Part shown: positions 11,152-21,778 of the stretch, in pieces | Layout of the letters: the number at the start of each line of letters is the position of its first letter | How positions within the stretch are numbered: position 1 is the stretch's first letter | NCBI GenBank assembly: GCA_000708835.1 | Contig: DF237115.1 | Location: 1 to 64,000 of the forward strand | Length of the DNA: 64,000 bases | Direction: 5' to 3' | From: Klebsormidium nitens | Taxonomy: Eukaryota > Plantae > Klebsormidiophyceae | Notes under the pieces: model-generated | Databases searched by the model: none | The model's input: the letters and a program-made list of their open reading frames with translations, nothing else | Told to the model about the DNA's origin: nothing | Position numbers and translations under genes: made by a program

Positions 11152-14100
11152 TCATGTTGGTACCTTTTTAAGCTCGCGGTCCAGAAGCTCGACATACAGC
11201 GGACTCATGTGGGTTCCGTCCAATTTGTATCGCTCCTTCAATCGGCCTTGACTGTCGAGATAGTCATCAAAGAAGTCGAGCCAGTGCAAAGCGCCGGATG
11301 GTCTATCCTGCGTGCTGCTGCTTTTGCCATCCTCAATTGCCCGGGACGCAGCCAATACTTTCCGCTTGAGAACCCGCGAAAACAAGCTGACGATGTTCCT
11401 GGCAAGCGCAAAGAACAGAAGGCATCGAGCAGCAGGTTTCGCAAAGGCGGTAGATTCAAGAGGCATGGATCGAGTCTGCAGAGACCGTCGTCTATAAGGC
11501 ACAAGACAGTTACGCATACCAAAAGACGAGTGATACGATAGAACGCTGCGAACCACAGTTCTAACCATCTGCAAGAGATTGAGGAACCGAAGCGACTTTT
11601 TCTCCAATGCTTTCCAGAAAGACGGCGCTGCATCTTACAAATCACTCAAATCGTTTCGATTTCCTTGCCACCTGTGACTGAGCATCAGGTACTGCGACAC
11701 AATCTGAGAACTTATCACCGAGACTTTTGCCTGATCCGCAATCTGAGGATTCGATTTGGCACGGCATGTTGTAGGATCGCAAACTGCTCCGTTCATTTCG
11801 ATGGTCCTGGCTAGGCCTCTGCAAAAAGCGCATTATGCTCTATTATCTGTCTGAAACTAGAGAAGGCGAATCTCGTCACCTGGTCTCGTCCAGAACCGCC
11901 GGCGGCGGGTGCACGAAGATCTCGAAGCCCCGCTCGCGCACCAGCCTGCGGAGGACCTGTGCGTGCACATGGTGTACGCATCAGCAATAGCTGCCCTACG
12001 GCGCCCAATCTTCCAGTGACAGACGGGGCGTCTTTACCGTCCGTAGCATCCACGTGCTGGGGAATCGCTCCCGAGCTTAGACGGGCAACTGACCAGCCCC
12101 GAGGGGGTGGCCAAGATTAGGAACGGGCTGGATTGGAGGGGGCAGAAAATGGGTCCAGGAAACCAGCACGGAACAAGACGGAGCCACGACCAAATGAGGA
12201 CGGATAAGAACGGTGATCAGTCGGTGAGGCCAGGGAGTTCGGCTTTTCGACCCTGGGATTTCGCCGGGCCTTTGATTTGAGCCCCTTGGCCTGTGTCCTT
12301 TAACCAGCCTCTGGTCTTAAACCTGGAGCAAACAGTAAGCAAAACAAGAAGGGAATCAAAGGACGGCTGGCGCGACGCGTTACCTTGACGTAGATGTTAA
12401 CCGTGGCGGTCACCCCTTCTTCCAGGTCCTTGTAGCGGCCTTTGTCGACCGAGACCACGATCCCTTCCCGGCAGTCAATCTCCCCAAACATCATTATCAC
12501 GTGGGCGTTCTGCGGGATGCTCGCAATAACGTTTTCAAACTGGATCTGCAGAGAGCAGAAGCAGAGCGGTTGTAGAGGGTTTGCTGAGGATGGGCTAGGG
12601 GTTCTCAAGAGTTGTGCGCAGGGGTTTGCGAAATGATTGCAGAGACGGTATTCAAATCCCGCGAAATTGGCGGCCGGTTTGCAAAGCATTGACCCGAAAG
12701 TCGCAGAGACAGACACAGGGGCGTTACACAGGACACTTGTACAATCCGGCTGTAAACAAGGAACGTGAAATTAACAGGCGAGAGGAAGTCCCACTTCTGT
12801 GTAGAAGACGCTCCTGTTCCGCAGGTGCCAGCACGTTATCTTCCCCAGTTGCTAACCCAGAAAAGTACTCCATTGAAAACCCATAAGAACAGATTCCTTC
12901 CTAAAGTTGCCATGAAAGCACTTGGCTGGAGTACCCAAGTGAAAAAGCTCTAGGTTGCCTTAGGGCCAAAGTCCTGCGCCTGACCCACGGAAGCAGTAGC
13001 TTGGATAGCCCGAGAAGAAAGCCCTTTGCTCACCTTGGGGTAGAAGACGCTCTCGTCCCGCAGGTGCCAACACTTGAGTACCAGTTATCCGGTGACCACA
13101 AATGCGATCGGTTGGATTGCCCAAGGAAAAGCCTTGATCACACTCTAGGGGAAAAGTACAGCGCCTGACGCGAGAGTGCAGTAGGTTGGTTAGCTAGAAA
13201 GGAAAGAGCAACTGGATTCACCTTGGGGTAGAAGACGCTCTCGTCCCGCAGGTGCCAACACTTGAGCCCCGTCACCAGGAGCGGCGCCAGCAGGCGAGGG
13301 GCGCCGCGCAGCTCGACGGTCCGCCACGCGGGGGTCAGGCAGTGGCTGTCGCCGACCAGGTAAAGGGGGGGGAAGCTGCAGCAGCAGGTGTGATGTAAGA
13401 GTCAGCCCCCTGGAAGAGCCCGATTTGAAAGGCAGGGGCCGCCCTTCTAAGTCTACTTACCTTTCGAACAGGCCGGAAAAGCGGTAAGTTGTCAGTTGAA
13501 GACAGGATACGTTTTGCTGATTTGGCTGTGTGGCATTGGGGCCGTCGATTTTCATTCATTTTACAAAGATGTCAGAACGTATGGAAGAAGAACCTGGACT
13601 CCAGTTTTCATGTCTGGACCCCCACACCTGAGGTTCCACCACTTGTACAATCTGCTATTCCCTTACGTGAACGACTGCTTACTGGTCAGAAAACAAAAGC
13701 TTGCGCCTAGGCAAGTTGTACCAACGAAGCGTACAACTTTTGAGTCTCTACGTCCGGCGTAGCCGAGCGCGTACCTGTCAGCGGGCGGTAATGGCCGCGA
13801 TAACGGGTACTCCGTGAACACCTGGTAGATGCACCCGAAGTACGCCGCCTCGTTGCGGACCATCGTCTCGTGGAGCGCCTTCTCGGAAAGCGCGCGCGCC
13901 TTTTCCACTTTTTCTGCCAGCTGTCGCGCTCTCTCGACCGCTCCGCCTAGGTACAGGATCTTGACGACAGTGAACAGGACCGCCAGGACGTCTAGCTGTT
14001 CCGAGCCGTAGGCGATCTTTGCTGGGGCCGACGAACCCGCTAGAGGTTCCGCTTCGTGGGCAGGTGTGGCGCCGTTTTGCGAGGAATTGCCGTTGGCTTG

Positions 14101-17100
14101 AGCTGAGGAGCCGTTTGCGTCACTCTTTTCTGCGGCTAATCGGACGCGGGCCACTCCAGGCGACACAATCTCTTCCACATCGATGTCGGTCTCCCCCGCG
14201 CCTGACCCGTTTGCTTTCAATGCGTCTGTTACCCCTTCTTCCGTCGCACCTGTGTTCGAACTTTCGGACGTTTCTTGCGTGCCAGTGCTTTCCAGCGGAG
14301 CCTTCGAAGGGACGGATGGTGCCATTTTGTGTGCTTCGACGTCGAAGTTACGGAAGACGGTAAACCCGGGGTGCAATTTTAAGTCCATCGAATCCAGCGG
14401 GAGGTCTTGCAGGCACTCGGAGACTTCGCTGAGAGAGAGCGCGCGTCCGAAGGAGAGATGTCCGTTCTGGCGGATAAACTTCCGAGCGACCTGAACGGAA
14501 ATGGAATGGAAAGGCAATCATTTGCGAAGGTGGAACGAAAAGCGGACTGGCATCTTGTGAAGGGTCAAAGTTTCAAGATATTTCTTTTTTTGGCAGATGC
14601 GATTGCGGGCGACTCAAACGAGAAGTGAGGATAATAAGTATTGTTCGCAGCCGGTATCAGGAACCAGCGGATGAAAAGAACAACCCGTCAACGTTTGCGA
14701 GGCGCATGCTACCAGTTTGCGACTTTTGAGGGTCCACCGAAAAGCGATCACGTTATGTGCAATCCATCTGTTAATGACTACTTTCGGCCGCTTTCATTTT
14801 GATTCGTTTGTGCGTCCGCCCATAGTATCTTGCGGAAAGCTTCTATTCAAGCCCGTTGGACCGCCTCTATTTAAGTCTTTGCCCAACAGCCCACTAACTC
14901 GTAAGCCGCACAGTCAGCCCTGCTTTCTCTTCAAAGTCACTGCACAATCAAATCTCCCTGACAAACGAGAGTCGGTGCCCCCAGCCTCAATCCGACCAAC
15001 TATCACATCCGAGAACATTTGAATAGCCGACTTCATGCACGTAGTTCTGGAACCCGCAAGAGTGGACTTCCCGGATCGTGTTGCCTGTCCCGCTTCAGCT
15101 TCAATTCCCCATCCGCGGTCTTCCTAGAAAGTCATCTGATTCGCAATCTTCTTCTCCGAAACCCCGAGAAAGTGGAGGCCCAAGTATCGGACCGCCTACC
15201 TCGAGCGCTTTGACGGGCTCCTTGCACAGCTCGAGCGCGTGGAGCCAGTTGAGGGCGTACGAAACGGACCGCGGCGCGAGCGTGGCCGCACGTCCGTACA
15301 ACGTCGCTGCTTCGCGCAGCAGGCCGTAGTCTTTGAGTACGCCCGCCATGAACGCCTGCATACGAGATGGTTGTCAGCATACGGGATTAGATTGTGATCA
15401 TAGAATATGGGCGTCAGTATCAGATAGATGACTCGGCCCGTCCGCGGCTAAAGCGGGGCCGCCTCGTGGAGCAGGCCGTTGTCCTTGAGTTTGCCTGCCA
15501 TGAACGCCTGCATAAGAGATGCGACAGTAAGCATAGCTTATGAAATTGGGTATGAAATGTGACACAGCCGTGGCCACCGCGCGGACCAGGCCGTAGGCCT
15601 TGAGTACGCCCGCCATAAACGCCTGCATACGAGATGGTTGTCAAAATACGGAATGCGTCCGTAAGCATCGACTATCGAACATGTGACACAGCCGGGGCCG
15701 CTTCGAAAATGAGACCGTAGTCCCTGAGTACGCTCCCTCAGGAGATGGTCCTCAGCATAGAAGATGGGGATTGGGCATAGGAGATCGAGAACGGTACGAG
15801 ACATGGAGGCTGCAAGCCGCTATCAGAAAGTCATCCTCAAGGACGGAAGTCGACAAAGAAAAGAGGCGAACTTGATACGAACGGTTGAAGTAGAACGTAA
15901 AGAGTTGCGACTAGGCTTTGGGAGTGCTGACAAATTTCAGAATCTCACGTTTGACGCTTAGAAGCGGACCCAGCTAAATCAAGTGGCGAGCCGAGGAAAT
16001 AGACGCCCGAGTAGGTTCTGATGATATCAACCGCCGGATTGCGTTTCCTACGGTACGATAAACGCTCTTTTGAGCCCTTGCTCATAAGGAAGCTTTTGCA
16101 ACAGGTTGTTACGAAGACGGAGCAAACCAATGACGCCGTCAAGGTGTAAAAAGTAACCCGAGAAGGGAAACTCTGCACAAAAGTCGAAGCCAAATGACAA
16201 CAAGCAATCCTCACAGCCTCTTTTCTTCTCGAAGCGGGACAGCCAAGGGTTGATAGCGAATACGAATTGCGCACAGACCCTGGAAGAAGAAAGCGGTAGC
16301 TACAACCGAATCTCTGCATCAAGCCGCTCGTGAGTGAAGCTAGGAAAACGGAAACATTTTGCACCAATGAGCTTATCCAAAACTTCAGTTTCTTCTGAAC
16401 TGTTCGTCCATAATCCCCACTCACCTGCGCTGCCGGCTCCGAGTTCGCCCCCCCCGTCTCCTTCTGGAGCATCTCGAAGCCCCCCGGGCGACGAACTAGA
16501 GCGGCGAGCCGTTCCCGCACCCCCCGGTGGTCCTGACGCACCACCAGCAGCTTCAGTAGCGCGCGCATCGCGTCCTCGTGCATGTGGTTGTCTGCCGCAA
16601 TCAGGGAGTACTCGAACAGCATCCCAAAGTTGTCCTCCTTGCCCTGTGAAAGACAGTGCGGAGTCTCTCAAGATCAGCTTGCCTTTACTCTCGAAATGAC
16701 GTGTCTCCACTCTGTGTTGGAAAACGCTGATCGCTGTGTATGTGGATATCGTCCAAGATGGGCAAGTACCCGAACAGCATCCCACAGTTGTCCTCCTTGC
16801 CCTGCGAACAGTTCGAAGTTTCTCAAGGTCAGCTTGGCTGTACTCAAGCAATGAGGTGTCTGCAGGATTTATTTGACAACGCCCGGATTGCGTCCTCGTG
16901 CATCTGGTTGTCGGCCGCAATCAGCGAGTACTCGAACACCATCCCGAAATTGTCCTCTTTGCTCTGTCACAACATTGCGCGTACTCAAGAAGCGATCTGT
17001 CTACATAAATTCGTTGATCAATGCGCATATTGCCTCCTCGTGCATGTGGTTGTCCGCCGCGATGAGGGAGTACTCGAATAGCATCCAAAGTTGTCCTCCT

Positions 17101-19488
17101 TGCCCTGTCGAACCACAGTAAAGTCTCGTCTTTACCATTTCCAATAAAGCGCGCACATTGCAAGTTCGTACGTGTGAACTGAAAGCTGCAATGAAGGAGT
17201 ACTCAAACAGCATCCCGGAGTTGTCCTCTTTGCCCCGTCATGAGCGAGTACAACCAGGGTTTTCATTATTCCTGGGAATCGTAGATATCCGACGACCTTC
17301 AGGGCGGGTGGAGTCGCAATATGTCTTCTTTCTTTTGGAATAAGTGTTCCGGATCTAACAAGCGTTGATCACATAAGAAGCAAAAGCAACTCTTGATTCT
17401 AGGGGCCTGACCGAAAAGAACGTCCGTTCTTGACCGCGTCACTGAAAGCCTCCATCAGCACGCTTTCAATTGGGAACATCAGAAAACCAGAACCAGCAAA
17501 CGACTCACCCCCAGAGTCTTCGTCACGAGGTTAACCGCCGCCTCCTTCGCCCCCGCCGCGTACAGCGCTCGCACCATACTGCACCGCACCTCGTTTTCCG
17601 TCACACCCCCCCTCAGATCCCCCGCATGTGGCACCGTCAGATCGCCTGCATTCTCCCTTCGCTCTCGCCTTTTGTTCAGCAGGTAGTAGGGAATCCCCAT
17701 CTGGTAGTTGCTGCCGGGATAAGAGCTCGGGACGCTGGTTCTCAGGGTTATGGAGGGTTCTTTTTGGGCGGGGGGGCGTCTTTCCAGGATCTCGAGCGCT
17801 ATGGCGTATTCTCTGACAGCTGATTCGTAATCGCTTATGCCGAGGAAAGCGTCTCCCAAACGTGTACGGAATCCTGAATGCAGCAAAAACAACTTTAGAC
17901 ACGGTTTAATGATTGAAGGGGCTTTTTCTGAAAAAAACGATCGCATGAAGAATAGTCGAAACGAAGCCAATCTCGTCTCCCAGCTGAGTATGCCATGAAC
18001 GGCAGGGCCGAACGAAGACAACAGACAGCGGACGTAAGCGGAAAGCAGACTTTCACAGATGCAGTCAGTTTCCTTTCATAATGCTGATTGCAATTCCTGA
18101 ATCCAAGAGACAGGATAGTCCAGAAGCAGCTGATTTTGGTAGGCTACAGTCGCTTCCGCAAGCGAATCGACTTGGTTCCTGCAGATTATGGAAAGGATAC
18201 CCAGAAGCTCTAAGATTTTCCAGACACACCGCAGGGCCCATACCGAAACCTGGCAACACCTGGGGAAAAGCCTCTCGTGGCCCCAGAGAAAGCTTGTCTT
18301 TGAAGGAGAGTATAAGCATCCCTTCTGATTCAAGAGCAGGCCTTACTGACCTGCATCCGCTGGATAAATCTCCAGAGCCTCTGTAAGCCATCTCTTTGCG
18401 CGCTGAAACTTGCTGGCTGCCAGTGCCATGGAGGCAAGTGCTCGGAGGCAGATCTGCTGCTTGGGAACAAACTGCCACGGCAAGATTCGAGCAACATTGT
18501 TTTTAGATTCTGGTTATCCTGAGTAGACCGTGACTGACAACTGATGTGTGTGGTCATGATCTAGGGGGTAATCAGCCACTAATGATCGCTTTTCAGTGTC
18601 TGCCCTCAACTACAGAATGACACTTGCAATCCGCAGGAAGAGAAATATGACTGCTCCTTAGAGGGAGGCTGATCCTCAATGTGAGAGTCCCATTCTCTAT
18701 GTCCAAAACACCTCAAACAGCTTGTCAGACTTTTCTTCAGGCAGTGCGCATAGACAACTGGACGCCCTCACCTGCAGCACATCCTCAAAGAACTTGGTGG
18801 CCTGCCTGTAGTTCTGTGCCTCCTGTGCCTCCAGCCCTTTGGTCAAAAGCGCTCTGACAAGTGGCTCCGAAAGACTGCGCTCAGATGCCGCCCTGATCTC
18901 GTCCACAGAAGACACAGCTGCTTTTCCAGCAGAAGGGCCTCCGCTCGCTTTCTCTGCCGCTGTCGAAACTTCCACACTGTCATTCAGAGACTTTTTGCTC
19001 TGGCAACCTTCCAGACTTGCTCTGATAGGGCCATCCGGACCAGCGGAACCTTGCTTATCATCAGTGCCATGAGCGTTGACGCCACTTTTCGAGTGGACAG
19101 CGTCAGGATCATTTAGAGAGGATAAACGAGTGCTGGCAACCGATGGGATTGGTGGCGGTTTCTCCTCGACTGCTTGCCCGCTAGAGCTCCCACGACTTGC
19201 CAATTGTGCTGCACTTTGGTCTCTCTCTCCTTCTCGCCTGACTATGAAAAGGTCAGCCCGATCGCGGATTGCCTTCACGACCGGGCTGCTAACATCAAGG
19301 AGTCGACGCTTTTCATTCCGCAGATTTAAGTTGCTCGCATCCAGCAAGTGCTCTGCACCATGCTTGGCATTGTATGCTTGGACAAACTCGTCCCTCAGGG
19401 AAGCCAACGTCTGGTCAGAGTTCTGAGGCACTTTTGCAAGGTGCGTATGCTCAGGAGACCCCTCATAATGAATGTAGAAGCGCAACAT
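11152..19488 (-). CDS. Uncharacterised TPR-repeat protein with C-terminal SGNH/GDSL-type hydrolase domain; 10 exons, 977 aa
   Basis: Exons 19488-18772, 18471-18351, 17873-17509, 16643-16425, 15355-15200, 14490-13775, 13375-13222, 12545-12384, 11956-11880 and 11398-11152 total 2934 nt with consistent phases. TPR-like helices include QNYRQATKFFEDVL, KFQRAKRWLTEALEIYP and GLLREAATLYGRAATLAP. SGNH blocks are LVGDSH, FGEIDCREG and LDGTHM. Confidence 0.8.
12790..13085 (-). repeat. Intronic duplicates of the 3' end plus donor of TPR-SGNH exon 7 (2 extra copies)
   Basis: 13034-13078 is identical to exon bases 13222-13266 (45 nt) and is followed by a GTGAGC donor. A decayed copy sits at about 12801-12834. 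Confidence 0.9.
15450..15750 (-). repeat. Intronic duplicates of the acceptor plus 5' end of TPR-SGNH exon 5 (3 extra copies)
   Basis: The (ccatctcgtatgcag)GCGTTCATGGCGGGCGTACTCAA motif recurs on the minus strand at about 15460-15520, 15575-15645 and 15690-15750. Confidence 0.85.
16730..17240 (-). repeat. About 150-bp tandem array of acceptor plus 5' end of TPR-SGNH exon 4 (4 extra copies)
   Basis: cagGGCAAGGAGGACAACTTTGGGATGCTGTTCGAGTACTC recurs at about 16740-16805, 16877-16966, 17019-17107 and 17185-17240. The intervening spacers are homologous to each other (ctcaag...tgtct). Confidence 0.9.
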
Positions 19489-20005
19489 TGTGGTCTCTCA
19501 CAACAGATTAACCCTCATTTCCCTAGGCGCCATCTGCTGGTCGCGCTTCGCCTTGGTTCCATGAAGTGCTCTTTAGACTTTGCTGGCCAGCTCTTCCTGA
19601 TACTCTGAACGCCCTTGCATTGGATATGGTGCTGGACGAGCTTACGAAGCTGGTGCAGCAGGCCCGGAGATCAGGCTACGACTGAAGGAGTAGAGCGCCC
19701 AAGGCTACAGCATGGTGGTGCCAGGAAGACTGGGCCATCATTGGCGTACAAACTTGAACTTGAACTTGAAGGCAACCATGCGCGTTGATAATAAGGCTAC
19801 TGCAATGTGACGCGCGCACGCGCGGTTGGGGGATCACCCAATTAGACTTTAGAGTCGCTTGAACAAACCAAATTGTCGCCCATGACTCTGACTCGGAGTC
19901 GGAGCCTGAGGCTGAGATTGTGAGATGCGTCAGATCCATACACCTAGGTAAACTAATGTTTGATATTACATAGCATCACCAACAAACTTGGCGACCACAA
20001 TTGAA

Positions 20006-21778
20006 ATGGCGTCGAAGAACAACCTGTTTGACTGTCTTTGTGATGCAGTACTCGAGAGCATCTTTGAGAGAGCCCTCTGGAACCCTTCATGCGTCTTCCG
20101 GCACCAGGCCCGGGGTAGAGTGCGGCTGGAGGCCGTCTGCAAGAGGTTTCAGGAGGTGGTCCTTACCATGGGATGCCTGCATTGGGACATCGACAATGGC
20201 CCTCATGCCGAGCAAGACTCCATATGCTATGTACTCGAGAAAGGGTGCAACAGATTTTTGAGGAAGATAGCTCTGAATGCAGTGCGCTCCAAGAACCTGA
20301 TGGCTGTTCTACAACCTGTCATCCCTTGCGCAATGAATAACCTTCAGGAGGTCTATTTGTCTCTGGAGTTCACGGAGAAGGATGCAAGGACAATTAACTG
20401 GGAGCTCATTCTTGTTATGCTTCAAGAATGCAAACAGCTTGAGGTGCTGCACATATTCTTGTGGGAGAGCTGGTGGCACGATCCAATCATTACACTAGAT
20501 TGCTCAAGGTTCCCAAAGCCCTTCCCAAAGCTTCGCAACCTGTCATTGTTTGGGTTTGCTGTGCCCAGCACTGCGTTCAGTTCTCTTGTGGCAACCTTCC
20601 CAAGTCTAGAGACCCTAGAGCTGCACCATCTTGAAGGTCAAAGTTACGATCTGACCTCTATGAAGCAAGCCGTGTCATGGGGCGATCAAATAGCTGGATT
20701 GGACAGCCAGGGCCCAACCTGCATGGTAGTGCCGAAGAGCTTGGAAATGGTGGTGGGCCTTCTGGGAAGTGATCATAATGGAGTCAAGGAGAAGGCTCTA
20801 AAAATGCTGTTGGAATTGTCATACAACGAGATACCCATCCAGAATGTGATTGCCCGTGTCCCAGGGTGCCTGCAAAAGCTGGTTGACCTTCTCAAAGGTC
20901 ACAAAGAGTCGGTGCAGGAAGAAGCTCTTATAACTTTAGAGAATCTGGTAACAGACGCAGAGGACATTATGACTATAGCTACCTTCCCAGGCTTCCTAGA
21001 GCAGGTTGTCGACCTCTTTGGAAGTGAGAGTGAATCCATAAGAGAGAGGGCCGCATTCGTATTGAGCACGTTGACATTCAATCCTAGGGTCAGCTTGAGG
21101 ATGTTGATTCAGTTGGTCCCTGAGGTTCTGCAGGGTCTTCTCAATCTTCTGGGCGATAAGGACGAGGGCGTGCAACAAGCTGCTGCAGGCATTTTGGCGC
21201 AGCTTGCAGATAGTCATTGGAGTGGTGAGATGATCGTCGCTGTCCCAGGTTGCTTGGAGAAACTGGCGAGCATGTTGGAAAGTAAACACGCACTGGTGCA
21301 GGAGAGCGCCGCATGGTGTCTGCAGCGTTTAGCAGCATCTGACCACGGACATGCCATAGCCAGAGTGTCAGGGTGCCTGGAGGGGTTGGTGAACCTGTTG
21401 GGGAGCAGAATCATGTTTCTAAAGACGACGGCGGCAAGGGCTGTATGCAGCCTTGCCGAAAACGCCGAAGTAGGGCAAAGAATGCAGAGGGTGCCTAACT
21501 TCTGGCAAAGGCTTATGCGGCTCCTGGATCCAAGTTCAGAAGATCCCAAAGAGATTTACGAAGATGCGGTGTGGGTGCTAGCACACGTGGGTGTTGATGC
21601 TAGGTTCTTGAAGGCCGTTGCTTCTTCCCCAGGGGCCTTGCAAATGATTGTTGACGTCCTTGGGAGTGAAAAGATGGTCACACGAGAGCATGCCGTCAGG
21701 GTACTCGATCAGATGACAGACGACATGGAAATCAGAAAAGCTATAGCTGCAGTACCATGGGGATTCTGCAGAAACTGA
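20006..21778 (+). CDS. Intronless F-box-like/LRR + armadillo-repeat protein (ARABIDILLO-like architecture, divergent); apparent frameshift near the C-terminus
   Basis: Single ORF from the ATG at 20006. F-box-like start LFDCLCDAVLESIFERA...LEAVCKRFQEV, LRR-like segment FPKLRNLSLFGF/FPSLETLELHHL, and repeated ARM units (VPGCLQKLVDLLK...SVQEEALITLENL; VPGCLEKLASMLES...VQESAAWCLQRLA). Confidence 0.8.
   Translation: MASKNNLFDCLCDAVLESIFERALWNPSCVFRHQARGRVRLEAVCKRFQEVVLTMGCLHWDIDNGPHAEQDSICYVLEKGCNRFLRKIALNAVRSKNLMAVLQPVIPCAMNNLQEVYLSLEFTEKDARTINWELILVMLQECKQLEVLHIFLWESWWHDPIITLDCSRFPKPFPKLRNLSLFGFAVPSTAFSSLVATFPSLETLELHHLEGQSYDLTSMKQAVSWGDQIAGLDSQGPTCMVVPKSLEMVVGLLGSDHNGVKEKALKMLLELSYNEIPIQNVIARVPGCLQKLVDLLKGHKESVQEEALITLENLVTDAEDIMTIATFPGFLEQVVDLFGSESESIRERAAFVLSTLTFNPRVSLRMLIQLVPEVLQGLLNLLGDKDEGVQQAAAGILAQLADSHWSGEMIVAVPGCLEKLASMLESKHALVQESAAWCLQRLAASDHGHAIARVSGCLEGLVNLLGSRIMFLKTTAARAVCSLAENAEVGQRMQRVPNFWQRLMRLLDPSSEDPKEIYEDAVWVLAHVGVDARFLKAVASSPGALQMIVDVLGSEKMVTREHAVRVLDQMTDDMEIRKAIAAVPWGFCRN

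Noticed and set aside
16560-17240. Repeat-spacer-like array resembling CRISPR
   Set aside because: The repeats are copies of a protein-coding exon start, the spacers are homologous to each other, units are about 150 bp, the context is eukaryotic and there are no cas genes.
19590-19690. Short coding-like fragment (...ALDMVLDELTKLVQQARRSGYD*) in the divergent promoter between the TPR-SGNH and F-box/ARM genes
   Set aside because: Too short and unanchored to call a pseudogene.
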